Shown here piece after piece: positions 46,701 to 56,720 of a DNA stretch of 64,000 nt; the first letter of the stretch is position 1, and every line of letters begins with the position of its first letter. This stretch comes from an uncultured Clostridia bacterium (lineage in GTDB: Bacteria > Bacillota > Clostridia > TANB77 > CAG-465), in assembly GCA_944388565.1 (NCBI GenBank), contig CALXJG010000004.1, positions 501-64,500 on the forward strand, in the 5' to 3' direction. The position numbers and the translations under genes were made by a program. A model generated the notes under the pieces. It saw only the letters and a list, made by a program, of their open reading frames with translations, ran no database searches and was not told where the DNA came from.

Positions 46701-47475
46701 TGAACCATCAAAAGTAATTCATTATTGTTGGTTTGGACCCAAACCAATTTCTAAGCTTGCAAAAAAATGTATGAAGTCTTGGAAAGAATTTTTACCAGAT
46801 TATGAAATAAAACTATGGAATGAGGATAATTTTGATTTTAATCAGAATATATTTGTAAAACAGGCGTATGAAATGGGAAAATGGGCTTTTGTATCTGATT
46901 ATGCTAGGCTTAAGGCATTGTCTAAATATGGTGGAGTATATTTTGATACAGATATGGAGATTTTAAAAGATATTACCAATATATTGCAAAATGATGTTTT
47001 TATGGGAATTGAAGACTCCGGCTTGGTAAATGCTGCAGTAATAGGGGCGTATGGACCACATAATGAGTTTATTGATGAAATGATAAAAATATATGATTCT
47101 TTAGAATTTTTTGATATTAAAAATATATATAATTATACAATTCCATCATTAGTAACCAAAAGGTTAATGGATTATGGCTTAAATAAAAATAGTACAGAAG
47201 TCCAAAAATTAAATGATGGAAAAATTACCGTATATCCACGTGATTATTTTTATCCTTTAAGTTATGATTATCAGGATAACAGATATACAGAAAATTCTTG
47301 TATGGTTCATCGTTATGATGCGACTTGGGCTAGTAAACCAGAAAAAGTAAAATTATTTTTTAGAAGGCATAATTTGAAATTTTTAATGAGAACAGTTGAT
47401 ATATGTGTATCTATTAAAATAAGATTAAAAAGAATAATAAATAGAATTAAAGGTATTCCTAATGAAAAACTATAA
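46690..47475 (+). CDS. glycosyltransferase with DXD sugar-binding motif (GT32-like)
   Basis: 261 aa. IHYCWFG...W...PDYEIKLWNEDNF...SDYARLKALSKYGGVYFDTDMEI. Confidence 0.8.
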   Translation: MKNSEPSKVIHYCWFGPKPISKLAKKCMKSWKEFLPDYEIKLWNEDNFDFNQNIFVKQAYEMGKWAFVSDYARLKALSKYGGVYFDTDMEILKDITNILQNDVFMGIEDSGLVNAAVIGAYGPHNEFIDEMIKIYDSLEFFDIKNIYNYTIPSLVTKRLMDYGLNKNSTEVQKLNDGKITVYPRDYFYPLSYDYQDNRYTENSCMVHRYDATWASKPEKVKLFFRRHNLKFLMRTVDICVSIKIRLKRIINRIKGIPNEKL

Positions 47476-47522
47476 ATTAAAAGAGAGATTTTTAGATATA
47501 CTTTTAGGAAGGGTGCATATCT

Positions 47523-48458
47523 ATGAGTAAAAAATTATCAATTGTTGTACCAATGTATTATGAAGAACAAGTAGCAAATGAATGTTATAAAAGACTAAAG
47601 AAAGTATGTGATGACTTAAAAAATTATACTTATGAATTAATATTTATAAATGATGGAAGCAAGGATAAGACATTAGAAATTTTAGAGGGAATAGCTTCTA
47701 AAGATAAGAATGTAAAAGTTATATCTTTTTCTAGAAATTTCGGACATCAATGTGCTGTAACAGCAGGTATTAAATATGTAACAGGAGATGCTGTAGTTAT
47801 AATAGATGCAGATTTACAAGATCCACCTGAATTAATACCTGATATGTTAAAATTATGGGAAGATGGAAATGAAGTAATATATGCAAAAAGAAAAGCAAGA
47901 AAAGGTGAATCAGCATTTAAGTTACTTACAGCTAGCATGTTCTACAAAACATTAAATGCTTTATCTGATGTTGAAATTCCTAAAGATACAGGAGACTTTA
48001 GATTAGTAGATAGAAAAGTAATAGATGTTGTAAATTCAATTCCTGAACATAATAAGTTCTTAAGAGGCCTATTTAGTTGGGTTGGATTTAAGCAAGTTCC
48101 ATTTGAATATGAAAGACAAGAAAGATTTGCTGGAAAAACTAAATACCCATTAAAGAAAATGTTAAAGTTAGCATTTGATGGAATAATTAGTTTTTCTTCT
48201 AAGCCATTAAAAATTGTTGGTGGAGTTGGAATATTTTCAATAATAATTTCTTTTTTGTTATTGATATATGCAATTATCGCATATATTTTTAAATTTAGTG
48301 GTCTTACTGCTGGATGGACATCAATAATAGTTGCAATTACATTTTTTGCTGGTGTTCAATTACTTTCTATTTGGATTATATCTGAATATATTGCTAGAAT
48401 TTATGATGAGAGTAAGAAGAGACCTCAATATATTATTGATAAAGAGATTAATATTTAA
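47523..48458 (+). CDS. bactoprenol-phosphate glycosyltransferase (GtrB/CsbB-like GT2)
   Basis: 311 aa. LSIVVPMYYEE, INDGSKDKT, SRNFGHQ, DADLQDPPELIP and two C-terminal TM helices. Confidence 0.9.
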   Translation: MSKKLSIVVPMYYEEQVANECYKRLKKVCDDLKNYTYELIFINDGSKDKTLEILEGIASKDKNVKVISFSRNFGHQCAVTAGIKYVTGDAVVIIDADLQDPPELIPDMLKLWEDGNEVIYAKRKARKGESAFKLLTASMFYKTLNALSDVEIPKDTGDFRLVDRKVIDVVNSIPEHNKFLRGLFSWVGFKQVPFEYERQERFAGKTKYPLKKMLKLAFDGIISFSSKPLKIVGGVGIFSIIISFLLLIYAIIAYIFKFSGLTAGWTSIIVAITFFAGVQLLSIWIISEYIARIYDESKKRPQYIIDKEINI

Positions 48459-48473
48459 AAATGATATTTAATT

Positions 48474-48503
48474 AAAAAGTCAAAGTGTTGTTTTGACTTT
48501 TTA
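48474..48503 (+). terminator. rho-independent terminator
   Basis: AAAGTCAAA / TTTGACTTT stem embedded in A/T runs. Confidence 0.75.
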
Positions 48504-48999
48504 GAATTTGAAAACAAAGAATGTAGGATATTTATTAAGAACTTTATAGCACTATATAATAAAGATAACTTTTTTTATATTATAGGAAAAATCGATTTTT
48601 GTAAAAATAAATGTAATTTTAAATTTTGTCGAAATTTGCAATGAAGAGTATAGAAAAAGTGTTTACAAACATTTGTTTATGATGTGTAATATTCTCACCT
48701 GCTTCTGTGAGAATATAAAATTAACATTAAGATACAATATAACCAAAATGGATAAGCAACAAAAAGAAATAATGTGGCATGCAACAAAAGTATATAATAT
48801 ATGGTACTATATGAACTAAGAGAAGTAATAAAAGAAAATAAAGAAAATGGTGACCTAGAAATAGGTGGAAACTTAAATACAACATCTTTAAAAAAATCTC
48901 AAGATAAACTTAAGAGAGTAATAAATTTATTTTATTACTTTTGTTCCAAAAAGAATATTAAAATAATATAACGTTTTGTTGTATAAGTGGGGTAATAAT

Positions 49000-50118
49000 A
49001 TGAAAAAAATAACTTTTCTAATGTTACATTTAAATTATGGTGGAATAGAAAAACAAGTCACTACTCTTGCTAATAATTTAATAGATGAATATGATATTGA
49101 AATAATTTCGTTATATGATATACTGGGAAAATCTTTTTATGAGTTAGATAAAAGAATTAAAGTTAGATATATTTTTCCATATGGACCAAATAAAAAAGAA
49201 TTAAAGGAAGCTATTAAAAAAGTAAAAATTGTAGATTTCTTAAAGGAATTAAAAAAATCTATAAAAATGATCTATACAAAATATTTTGGTATAAGAAAAA
49301 TAACTAAAGATTTACAAACTGATATATTAATATCAACAAGAATTGAATTCGCAAGGCAAATAAAAAGAAATGATATTATAACTGTGTCTCAAGAACATTC
49401 ATATATAAATACCAAAAGATATGCTTCGAAAGTAAGGCATTCATTTAAAAATATAAGGTATTTGGTGGTAATGACAAAAAAGGCTGCTAAAGTATATGAA
49501 GAATGGCTTCAAAGTAAAGCAAAAAGACCTAAAATTATAGTAATACCTAATATGATAAATAAGACAGATGAGATATCAAGTTTAAATAGTAAACAGATAG
49601 TATCAGCAGGAAGACTTGAAGATGTTAAAGATTTTCCATCTCTTATAAAAGTATTTGAAAGGGTTCATAAAAAACATAATGATTGGAAATTAAAAATAAT
49701 AGGAGATGGCAGTAAAAAAGAGGAATTAAAGAAACTTATATCTGATTTAAAATTAGAGGATGCTGTATTATTAAAAGGAAGATTAGATGAAAAGGAAATT
49801 ATAGATGAGTTTTGTGATAGCTCAATATTTGTACTTACCTCTAAGAGTGAAAGTTTTTCATTAGTTATTGCTGAGGCTATGTCATGTGCGTTACCTTGTG
49901 TTAGTTTTGATATAGATGTTGGGCCAAGAGAAATAATAACTGATGATGAAGATGGCTTTTTAATTGCTGAAAGAAGCGTAATAAAAATGGAGGAGAAGAT
50001 TAACCTACTTATTGAAAGTACTGTAAGAAGACACGAAATGGGAGAAAATGCCAGAAAGAATGTTGCTAGATTCTATCCAGATAGTATAAAACAAATGTGG
50101 CTTTCACTTTTAAAGTAG
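49000..50118 (+). CDS. glycosyltransferase family 4
   Basis: Start at ATG 49000 (MKKITFLMLHLNYGGIEKQV). C-terminal SKSESFSLVIAEAMSCALPCVSFD. Confidence 0.88.
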   Translation: MKKITFLMLHLNYGGIEKQVTTLANNLIDEYDIEIISLYDILGKSFYELDKRIKVRYIFPYGPNKKELKEAIKKVKIVDFLKELKKSIKMIYTKYFGIRKITKDLQTDILISTRIEFARQIKRNDIITVSQEHSYINTKRYASKVRHSFKNIRYLVVMTKKAAKVYEEWLQSKAKRPKIIVIPNMINKTDEISSLNSKQIVSAGRLEDVKDFPSLIKVFERVHKKHNDWKLKIIGDGSKKEELKKLISDLKLEDAVLLKGRLDEKEIIDEFCDSSIFVLTSKSESFSLVIAEAMSCALPCVSFDIDVGPREIITDDEDGFLIAERSVIKMEEKINLLIESTVRRHEMGENARKNVARFYPDSIKQMWLSLLK

Positions 50119-50194
50119 TATTGACATATATATATTGAATAGTATATAATACACTTAGAACAAATAGTTCTAAGTGTTTTTTTAGGAGGTAAAA

Positions 50195-51205
50195 ATGAAA
50201 AAAGTTTTAGTAACAGGTGGTGCTGGATATATTGGCTCACATACATGTGTTGAATTATTAAATAGCGGAAGAGATATAGTTGTAATAGATAACTTTTATA
50301 ATAGTAAACCAAAGGCTATAGAGGCTATAAAAAAAATAACAGGAAAAGATTTTAAATTTTATGAAATGGATTATCTTGATAGAGAAAAATTAGAAAAAGT
50401 ATTTGAAGAAAATGAAATTGATTCAGTAATAAACTTTGCAGGTTACAAAGCTGTTGGAGAATCAGTAAAAAAACCAATTGAGTACTATATAAATAATGTT
50501 TCAGGTGCATTAGTTTTACTTGATACAATGAGAAAATATGGTGTAAAGAAATTTGTATTTAGTTCGTCAGCAACTGTATATGGAGATCCAGAAATTATAC
50601 CAATAACAGAAGAATGTAAAACAGGTGGTACAACAAATCCATATGGTACAACTAAATTATTTATAGAGCAAATATTAAAAGATATATATAATGCAGATAA
50701 TAGCTTAGATATTTGTATATTAAGATATTTTAACCCAATAGGAGCACACGAAAGTGGACTTATTGGAGAAGAACCACAAGGAATTCCAAATAATTTAATG
50801 CCATATATTACAAGAGTGGCAGCTGGTACTTTAAACGAATTATCTGTTTTTGGAAATGATTACGATACGCCAGATGGTACAGGTGTAAGAGATTATATAC
50901 ATGTAGTTGATTTAGCTATTGGACATATAAAAGCATTAGATAAACTTGATAAAGAAGAAAAGGGATTATACATATATAATCTTGGTACTGGAACAGGATA
51001 TAGTGTTTTAGATATGGTTAAAGCATTTGAAAAGGCAAATAATGTTAAGGTACCATACAAAATAGCACCACGTAGACCAGGTGATATTGCAAAATGTTAT
51101 GCAGATCCGACTAAAGCAAAAAACGAGCTTGGATTTGTAGCACATAAAAATTTAGAAGATATGTGTAAAGATAGTTGGAATTTCCAAAAAAATTGTAATT
51201 TGTAA
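50195..51205 (+). CDS. galE: UDP-glucose 4-epimerase
   Basis: 336 aa. [21 protein letters not shown] and YGTTK catalytic motif. Confidence 0.93.
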   Translation: MKKVLVTGGAGYIGSHTCVELLNSGRDIVVIDNFYNSKPKAIEAIKKITGKDFKFYEMDYLDREKLEKVFEENEIDSVINFAGYKAVGESVKKPIEYYINNVSGALVLLDTMRKYGVKKFVFSSSATVYGDPEIIPITEECKTGGTTNPYGTTKLFIEQILKDIYNADNSLDICILRYFNPIGAHESGLIGEEPQGIPNNLMPYITRVAAGTLNELSVFGNDYDTPDGTGVRDYIHVVDLAIGHIKALDKLDKEEKGLYIYNLGTGTGYSVLDMVKAFEKANNVKVPYKIAPRRPGDIAKCYADPTKAKNELGFVAHKNLEDMCKDSWNFQKNCNL

Positions 51206-51322
51206 AGAGTTTATTTAAGAAAGTACTGTTATTAAAACAATTTTCCGAAGCAAATAGATATGTTTAAAAATGGTTATGAAACAGAACTTTCATAAGTTAT
51301 AAAAAATATAGATGATTTAAAA

Positions 51323-51364
51323 GCGATGTTAAATTTCATTATGAGAATTTGGCATCGTTTTTAA
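51323..51364 (+). terminator. probable terminator downstream of galE
   Basis: GCGATGTTAAATTT / GAATTTGGCATCGT stem (with G-U pairs) followed by TTTTTA. Confidence 0.5.
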
Positions 51365-51382
51365 TATTATTTATTATTTTAC

Positions 51383-51411
51383 TTGAAGAATTTGATATAT
51401 TATAGTATAAT
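51383..51411 (+). promoter_or_regulatory. sigma-A promoter of pnp
   Basis: TTGAAG, 17 nt, TATAAT (51406-51411). Confidence 0.55.
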
Positions 51412-51418
51412 ATATTCG

Positions 51419-51497
51419 GAAATAAAGGGGTAATTGTAGTAATAATTTGTGAGTTATATGTATGTAGCTTAGAAATTATTATTACAACCTTTATTTC
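51419..51497 (+). promoter_or_regulatory. long 5'-UTR stem-loop of pnp
   Basis: Hand pairing: 51419-51428 with 51488-51497 (10 bp), a 5-nt bulge, then 51434-51448 with 51473-51487 (15 bp, 1 G-U). The loop is 24 nt. The structure ends 4 nt before the AAGGAGG RBS. Confidence 0.55.
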
Positions 51498-51514
51498 ATA
51501 TAAGGAGGATTTTT

Positions 51515-53620
51515 ATGTATAAAAAATTTGAAACTATGTTTGCAGGTAAAAAGCTTGTGGTAGAGACAGGAAAAATGGCACCACTTGCAAATGGCTCATG
51601 TTTAGTTAGATATGGGGAAACAGCAGTACTTGTAAATGTAACAATGTCTAAAGAACCAAAAGATGGTATTGATTTTTTACCTCTTTCTGTAGACTATGAA
51701 GAAAGATTATATGCTGTTGGTAAAATACCAGGAGGATATATTAAAAGAGAAGGAAGACCAACTACAAAAGCCATTTTAGTATCACGTGTTATTGATAGAC
51801 CAATGCGTCCTTTATTCCCAAAGGACTATAGAAATGATACTTCAATAAATGTATTAGTTTTAGCAGTTGATCCTGATGTACTTCCAGAAGTACCAGCATC
51901 TATTGGAGCATCAATTGCACTTAATATTTCTGATATACCTTTTGATGTTTTAGTTGGTACAACAAAAGTTGGACTTGTTGATGGTAAGTTAATATTAAAT
52001 CCAAATCTTGCAGAAAGAGAAAAATCTTTGCTTGATTTAACTGTATCTGCAACACCAGAAAAAGTATGTATGATTGAGGCTGGTGCATCAGAAGTAGAAG
52101 AAGAAAAAATGCTTGAAGCTATAAAACTTGCACATACTGAAATAAAAGAACTATGCAAATTTATTGGAGAAATAAAAAAAGAAATAGGTAAATCAAAAGC
52201 AAGTTATAAGTCTTTTGCAATACCTGAGGACTTAAAAAACTTCATTGCAGAGATTGCAACAGATAAATTTAAAGAGGCAGTTCAAACAAAAAGTAAGACT
52301 ACAAGAGATGAAAATGTAACTAAAGTAAATGAATTTGTAAAAGAAGAATATATAAAAAAATACGGCGAAGAAGAATATGAAGCTAATAAATCTATGATAA
52401 ATGAAGCTTTATATAAAGCAGAAAAAACAGCCGTAAGAAATTTAGTAATAGAAGAAAATAAAAGAGTTGACGGTCGTGGAAATGATGAAATAAGAGAACT
52501 TAGTGCAGAAGTTGGACTATTTGAAAGAGTTCATGGTAGTGCATTATTTACACGTGGACTAACTCAAGTATTATCTATGGTTACTCTTGGTACAGTATCA
52601 GAAGAGCAAACTTTTGATGGTATTGATGAAGAAGTAACAAAAAGATATATGCATCACTATAATATGCCACCATACAGTGTGGGTGAAGCTAGAGCTGCAC
52701 GTGGACCTGGTAGAAGAGAAATAGGACATGGTGCATTAGCAGAACGTGCTTTAGAACCAGTTATCCCTTCAAAAGAAGAATTTCCATATACAATTAGAGT
52801 TGTATCAGAAGTACTAAGCTCTAATGGTTCTACTTCTCAAGGAAGTATATGTGGTTCAACACTTGCTCTTATGGATGCAGGTGTCCCAATAAAAGCACCT
52901 GTTGCTGGAATATCTACAGGATTATTTACTATGCCAGATGATTCTACAAAATATATAATGGTTACAGATATACAAGGAATTGAAGATTTCTTTGGCGATA
53001 TGGACTTTAAGGTTGCTGGTACTAAGAAAGGTATAACAGCTATACAGGTTGACATTAAAATAGATGGTTTAACATATGAAATAATAGAAGAGGCTTTTGC
53101 AAGAACTAAAAAAGCAAGAGAATATATTTTAGATGAAGTAATGTTAAAAGCAATAGATAAACCAAGAACACATCTATCTAAATATGCACCAAAAATAGAA
53201 ATTATAAAAATAAATCCAGAAAAAATACGTGATGTTATTGGTACTGGCGGTAAAGTTATAAACAAAATAATTGAGGAAACAGGCGTAAAAATTGATATAG
53301 AAGATGACGGAACAGTATTTGTTGCTGGAGTAGACCAAGAGAAATTAGATCAAGCTATTAAAACAATAGAAGATATAACTGCTGAAGTTGAACTTAATAA
53401 AACATACATGGGTAAAGTTACAAAAATTTTGCAATTTGGAGCTTTAGTTGAAATATTACCTGGTAAAGAAGGATTACTTCATATTTCTAAAATATCAAAT
53501 GAAAGAGTTAAAAAGGTAGAAGATGTATTAACAGTAGGGGATGATATTTTAGTAAAAGTAATAGATATTGAAAATGATGGAAAATTTAGTTTAACAGCAA
53601 AAGACCTTATGAAAGTATAG
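51515..53620 (+). CDS. pnp: polyribonucleotide nucleotidyltransferase (PNPase)
   Basis: 701 aa. Two RNase PH domains followed by KH (GTGGKVINKIIEETG) and S1 (GKVTKILQFGALVEI). Confidence 0.97.
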   Translation: MYKKFETMFAGKKLVVETGKMAPLANGSCLVRYGETAVLVNVTMSKEPKDGIDFLPLSVDYEERLYAVGKIPGGYIKREGRPTTKAILVSRVIDRPMRPLFPKDYRNDTSINVLVLAVDPDVLPEVPASIGASIALNISDIPFDVLVGTTKVGLVDGKLILNPNLAEREKSLLDLTVSATPEKVCMIEAGASEVEEEKMLEAIKLAHTEIKELCKFIGEIKKEIGKSKASYKSFAIPEDLKNFIAEIATDKFKEAVQTKSKTTRDENVTKVNEFVKEEYIKKYGEEEYEANKSMINEALYKAEKTAVRNLVIEENKRVDGRGNDEIRELSAEVGLFERVHGSALFTRGLTQVLSMVTLGTVSEEQTFDGIDEEVTKRYMHHYNMPPYSVGEARAARGPGRREIGHGALAERALEPVIPSKEEFPYTIRVVSEVLSSNGSTSQGSICGSTLALMDAGVPIKAPVAGISTGLFTMPDDSTKYIMVTDIQGIEDFFGDMDFKVAGTKKGITAIQVDIKIDGLTYEIIEEAFARTKKAREYILDEVMLKAIDKPRTHLSKYAPKIEIIKINPEKIRDVIGTGGKVINKIIEETGVKIDIEDDGTVFVAGVDQEKLDQAIKTIEDITAEVELNKTYMGKVTKILQFGALVEILPGKEGLLHISKISNERVKKVEDVLTVGDDILVKVIDIENDGKFSLTAKDLMKV

Positions 53621-53630
53621 AGGTGAAGTA

Positions 53631-54443
53631 ATGCAAGTATATGCGTTTGTAGGAAAGACTGGTACTGGTAAAAGTTATAATGCTCAGTCTGTAGCTAAAG
53701 AAAATGATATACATTATATTATTGATGATGCTATTTTAATAAAAAATACAAAAGTAATTGCAGGAAAATCAGCTAAGACAGAAGCAAATTTTATTGCTTC
53801 TGTTAAAGCTGCTATTTTTCTAGAAAAATCTAGACAAGATGAAATGAAAAAGGTATTAAATGTTGAAAAACCAGATAAAATATTAATACTTGGAACATCT
53901 GATGATATGGTAAAAAAGATTGCTACTAATTTAGATTTAGGAGAAATATATAAAACTATATATATTGAGGATGTAGCATCTGAAGAACAAATTAATAAAG
54001 CTAGAAAATCGAGAGTAGAAGATGGTAAACATGTTGTTCCTGTTCCTACTTTTGAAATAAAAAAACAGTTTTCAGGTTATTTTTTAGATTCTCTTAAAAT
54101 ATTTAATATTTTTAATAAAGATGAAAATGAACAAGAAACAGAGAAAACTATTATAAGACCAACATATAGCTATCTTGGAAAATATTATATTTCAGATAAT
54201 GTAATTAATAGTATTGTATCTTATGCAGTATCTAAAGTTGATGGAGTTACTAAGGTTTTTAGAGTAAATACACAAAAATATAATGACGGAATGAAACTTG
54301 ATATAGATATAGAAATTAAGTTTGGAAAAAACATCCCAAAGTTAAGTTCTGAAATAAGGAATGTTGCTATATATGCTATAGATTTTGCAACAGGAATAAA
54401 TTTATTTGGAATAAATATAAATGTAAAATCTATAAGAAAATAA
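53631..54443 (+). CDS. fusion protein: N-terminal P-loop domain + C-terminal Asp23/Gls24-like domain
   Basis: 270 aa. Walker A GKTGTGKS at residues 8-15. The C-terminus (GKYYISDNVINSIVSYAVSKVDGVTKV...TGINLFGININVKSI) has the Asp23 (DUF322) pattern. Confidence 0.65.
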   Translation: MQVYAFVGKTGTGKSYNAQSVAKENDIHYIIDDAILIKNTKVIAGKSAKTEANFIASVKAAIFLEKSRQDEMKKVLNVEKPDKILILGTSDDMVKKIATNLDLGEIYKTIYIEDVASEEQINKARKSRVEDGKHVVPVPTFEIKKQFSGYFLDSLKIFNIFNKDENEQETEKTIIRPTYSYLGKYYISDNVINSIVSYAVSKVDGVTKVFRVNTQKYNDGMKLDIDIEIKFGKNIPKLSSEIRNVAIYAIDFATGINLFGININVKSIRK

Positions 54444-54526
54444 ATGTAACAATGTATGTAATATAAATGAAAAATGTTGAAAAATGAGTAATTATGTAGT
54501 AAAATATATGCGAGGGTGATAAATAT

Positions 54527-55321
54527 ATGGAAACAATGAGATATCAAGAAACAAAAAAGAGTTCAAAAGGACCTATTATAGCGTTTTTTTTGTTTGTTAT
54601 AATTGGTGGAGCTTTAATAGTTTTAGCTTTAAAAAGTGAAAGTGAACCACAAATAATAGGGCAAAATAAATCGGATGTTCAAAACTTAGTAGATTTGTCA
54701 AATGAGGAAACTGTTCCTACTATAAATCTAGAAGATATTGAATATAAAGTTGAAGATAAAAAAATAACAGATCAGGAAAATGCTAACATAAAAGCAAACA
54801 TTACTATACCAGTAATAAGTATAGGAAAAGAGAAATTAGAAGAATTAAATAACAAAATCGATGATCAATATACACAAAGATATTTAAGCTTAAAAGAGCA
54901 AATGAAAGATGCAGAATATAAATATACTTATACAGTAACATATAATAAGTATGATAATACTTTAATGGGAAAAAGAATATTGTCACTTACACTTCATCAA
55001 AGAGTAATTGATGACTCAGCTAATAAGTCAACTACAGATAAGGTAGAGTGCTTTAATATTGATTTAGAAACAGGAGAAGAAATAGCAGAAAATGATATTT
55101 TAGTTTCAATGCTTGGAAAAGATTATAAAATGATTGTTAGAAATTCAATAAAAGGTTATGTTGTATCTAAGAAGTTAATGGATGAGTCAGACTTTACTTA
55201 TGCTTTAACAGGACTAGAGAATTATTATATTAAAGATTCAAAAGTTCACATTATATTTAATGAAGGCGAATTAGTTGATAAAAAACATGGTGTATTAGAT
55301 ATAACAATTGAGGAGGAATAA
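54527..55321 (+). CDS. hypothetical membrane-anchored protein (possibly DUF4163/DUF3298-like)
   Basis: 264 aa with a single N-terminal TM ([19 protein letters not shown]). Weak family guess only. Confidence 0.5.
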   Translation: METMRYQETKKSSKGPIIAFFLFVIIGGALIVLALKSESEPQIIGQNKSDVQNLVDLSNEETVPTINLEDIEYKVEDKKITDQENANIKANITIPVISIGKEKLEELNNKIDDQYTQRYLSLKEQMKDAEYKYTYTVTYNKYDNTLMGKRILSLTLHQRVIDDSANKSTTDKVECFNIDLETGEEIAENDILVSMLGKDYKMIVRNSIKGYVVSKKLMDESDFTYALTGLENYYIKDSKVHIIFNEGELVDKKHGVLDITIEEE

Positions 55322-55323
55322 TA

Positions 55324-56706
55324 TTGGTAGATTCAATGGAAAAGATCGTAAATCTATGTAAGACAAGAGGATATGTTTATCCAGGGTCTGAGATTTACGG
55401 AGGTCTTGCTAATACATGGGACTATGGTCCATTAGGTGTAGAATTAAAAAATAATGTAAAAAAGGCTTGGATGGAAAAATTCATTAGGGAGAATAGATAT
55501 AATGTAGCTATAGATACTGCAATTCTAATGAATCCACAAGTTTGGGTTACAACTGGTCATGTAGGCGGATTTTCAGACCCATTAATTGATTGTAAGGAAT
55601 GTAAAACAAGACATAGAGCTGATAAACTTATAGAAGAATGGGCTGCCAAAAATGGTAAAGATGTAATAGCTGATGGCTGGAGTAATGAACAAACAATTAA
55701 TTACATTAAAGAGAATAATATTGTATGCCCTGAATGTGGTAAATTAAATTTTACAGATATAAGACAATTTAATATGATGTTTAAAACATTTCAAGGTGTA
55801 ACAGAAGATGCAAAATCTGAAATATATTTAAGACCTGAAACAGCTCAAGGTATGTTTGTTAATTTTAAAAATGTATTAAGAACAACACGTAAAAAATTAC
55901 CTATGGGTATAGGACAACAAGGGAAATCTTTTAGAAATGAAATAACCCCAGGAAACTTCACTTTTAGAACTAGAGAGTTTGAACAAATGGAATTAGAGTT
56001 TTTCTGCAAACCTGGTGAAGATTTAAAATGGCATGCATATTGGAAAGATTATTGTATAAATTTTCTATTAAATTTAGGTGCTACTAAGGAAAATTTAAGA
56101 TTTAGGGATCATACTAAAGAAGAATTATCTTTCTATAGTAATGCGACTGCTGATATTGAATATAAATTTCCATTTGGTTGGGGTGAGTTATGGGGAATAG
56201 CAGATAGAACTAATTATGACTTATCAAGACATATGGAAGCTTCTGGTGAAGATTTAACATATTTAGATCCTGATACTAATGAAAAGTATATACCTTATTG
56301 TATAGAACCAGCAGTTGGTGTTGATAGACTTATGCTTATGTTCTTATGTGATGCGTATGAAGAGCAAAAGATAGATGAAAATGATAGTAGAGTAGTTTTA
56401 CACTTACATCCATATCTTGCACCTATAAAAATTGCTGTATTACCACTTTCAAAGAAACTATCTGAAGAGGCTTTAAAAATATATGATATGCTATCTAAAA
56501 AGTATAACGTAGATTTTGATGAAACTGGTAGTATAGGAAAAAGATATAGAAGACAAGATGAAATTGGTACACCATTTGCTATAACATATGATTTTGATTC
56601 TCCAACTGATAATTGTGTGACTATAAGATTAAGAGATAGTATGGAACAAGTTAGAGTAAAAATTGATGAATTACTTGACTGGTTTGAAGATAAATTTGAT
56701 TTTTAA
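55324..56706 (+). CDS. glyQS: glycine--tRNA ligase (homodimeric type)
   Basis: 460 aa. [23 protein letters not shown] and FRNEITP. TTG at 55324 lies 7 nt after AGGAGG; an alternative ATG is at 55336. Confidence 0.95.
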   Translation: MVDSMEKIVNLCKTRGYVYPGSEIYGGLANTWDYGPLGVELKNNVKKAWMEKFIRENRYNVAIDTAILMNPQVWVTTGHVGGFSDPLIDCKECKTRHRADKLIEEWAAKNGKDVIADGWSNEQTINYIKENNIVCPECGKLNFTDIRQFNMMFKTFQGVTEDAKSEIYLRPETAQGMFVNFKNVLRTTRKKLPMGIGQQGKSFRNEITPGNFTFRTREFEQMELEFFCKPGEDLKWHAYWKDYCINFLLNLGATKENLRFRDHTKEELSFYSNATADIEYKFPFGWGELWGIADRTNYDLSRHMEASGEDLTYLDPDTNEKYIPYCIEPAVGVDRLMLMFLCDAYEEQKIDENDSRVVLHLHPYLAPIKIAVLPLSKKLSEEALKIYDMLSKKYNVDFDETGSIGKRYRRQDEIGTPFAITYDFDSPTDNCVTIRLRDSMEQVRVKIDELLDWFEDKFDF

Positions 56707-56720
56707 TAGGGGGAAAAAGT

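Noticed and set aside
55260-55340. Looked for T-box leaders upstream of the aminoacyl-tRNA synthetase genes argS (194), glyQS (55324) and lysS (59288).
   Set aside because: Each starts within 2-17 nt of the preceding gene, which leaves no room for a 200-300-nt T-box leader. I saw no specifier or T-box sequence.
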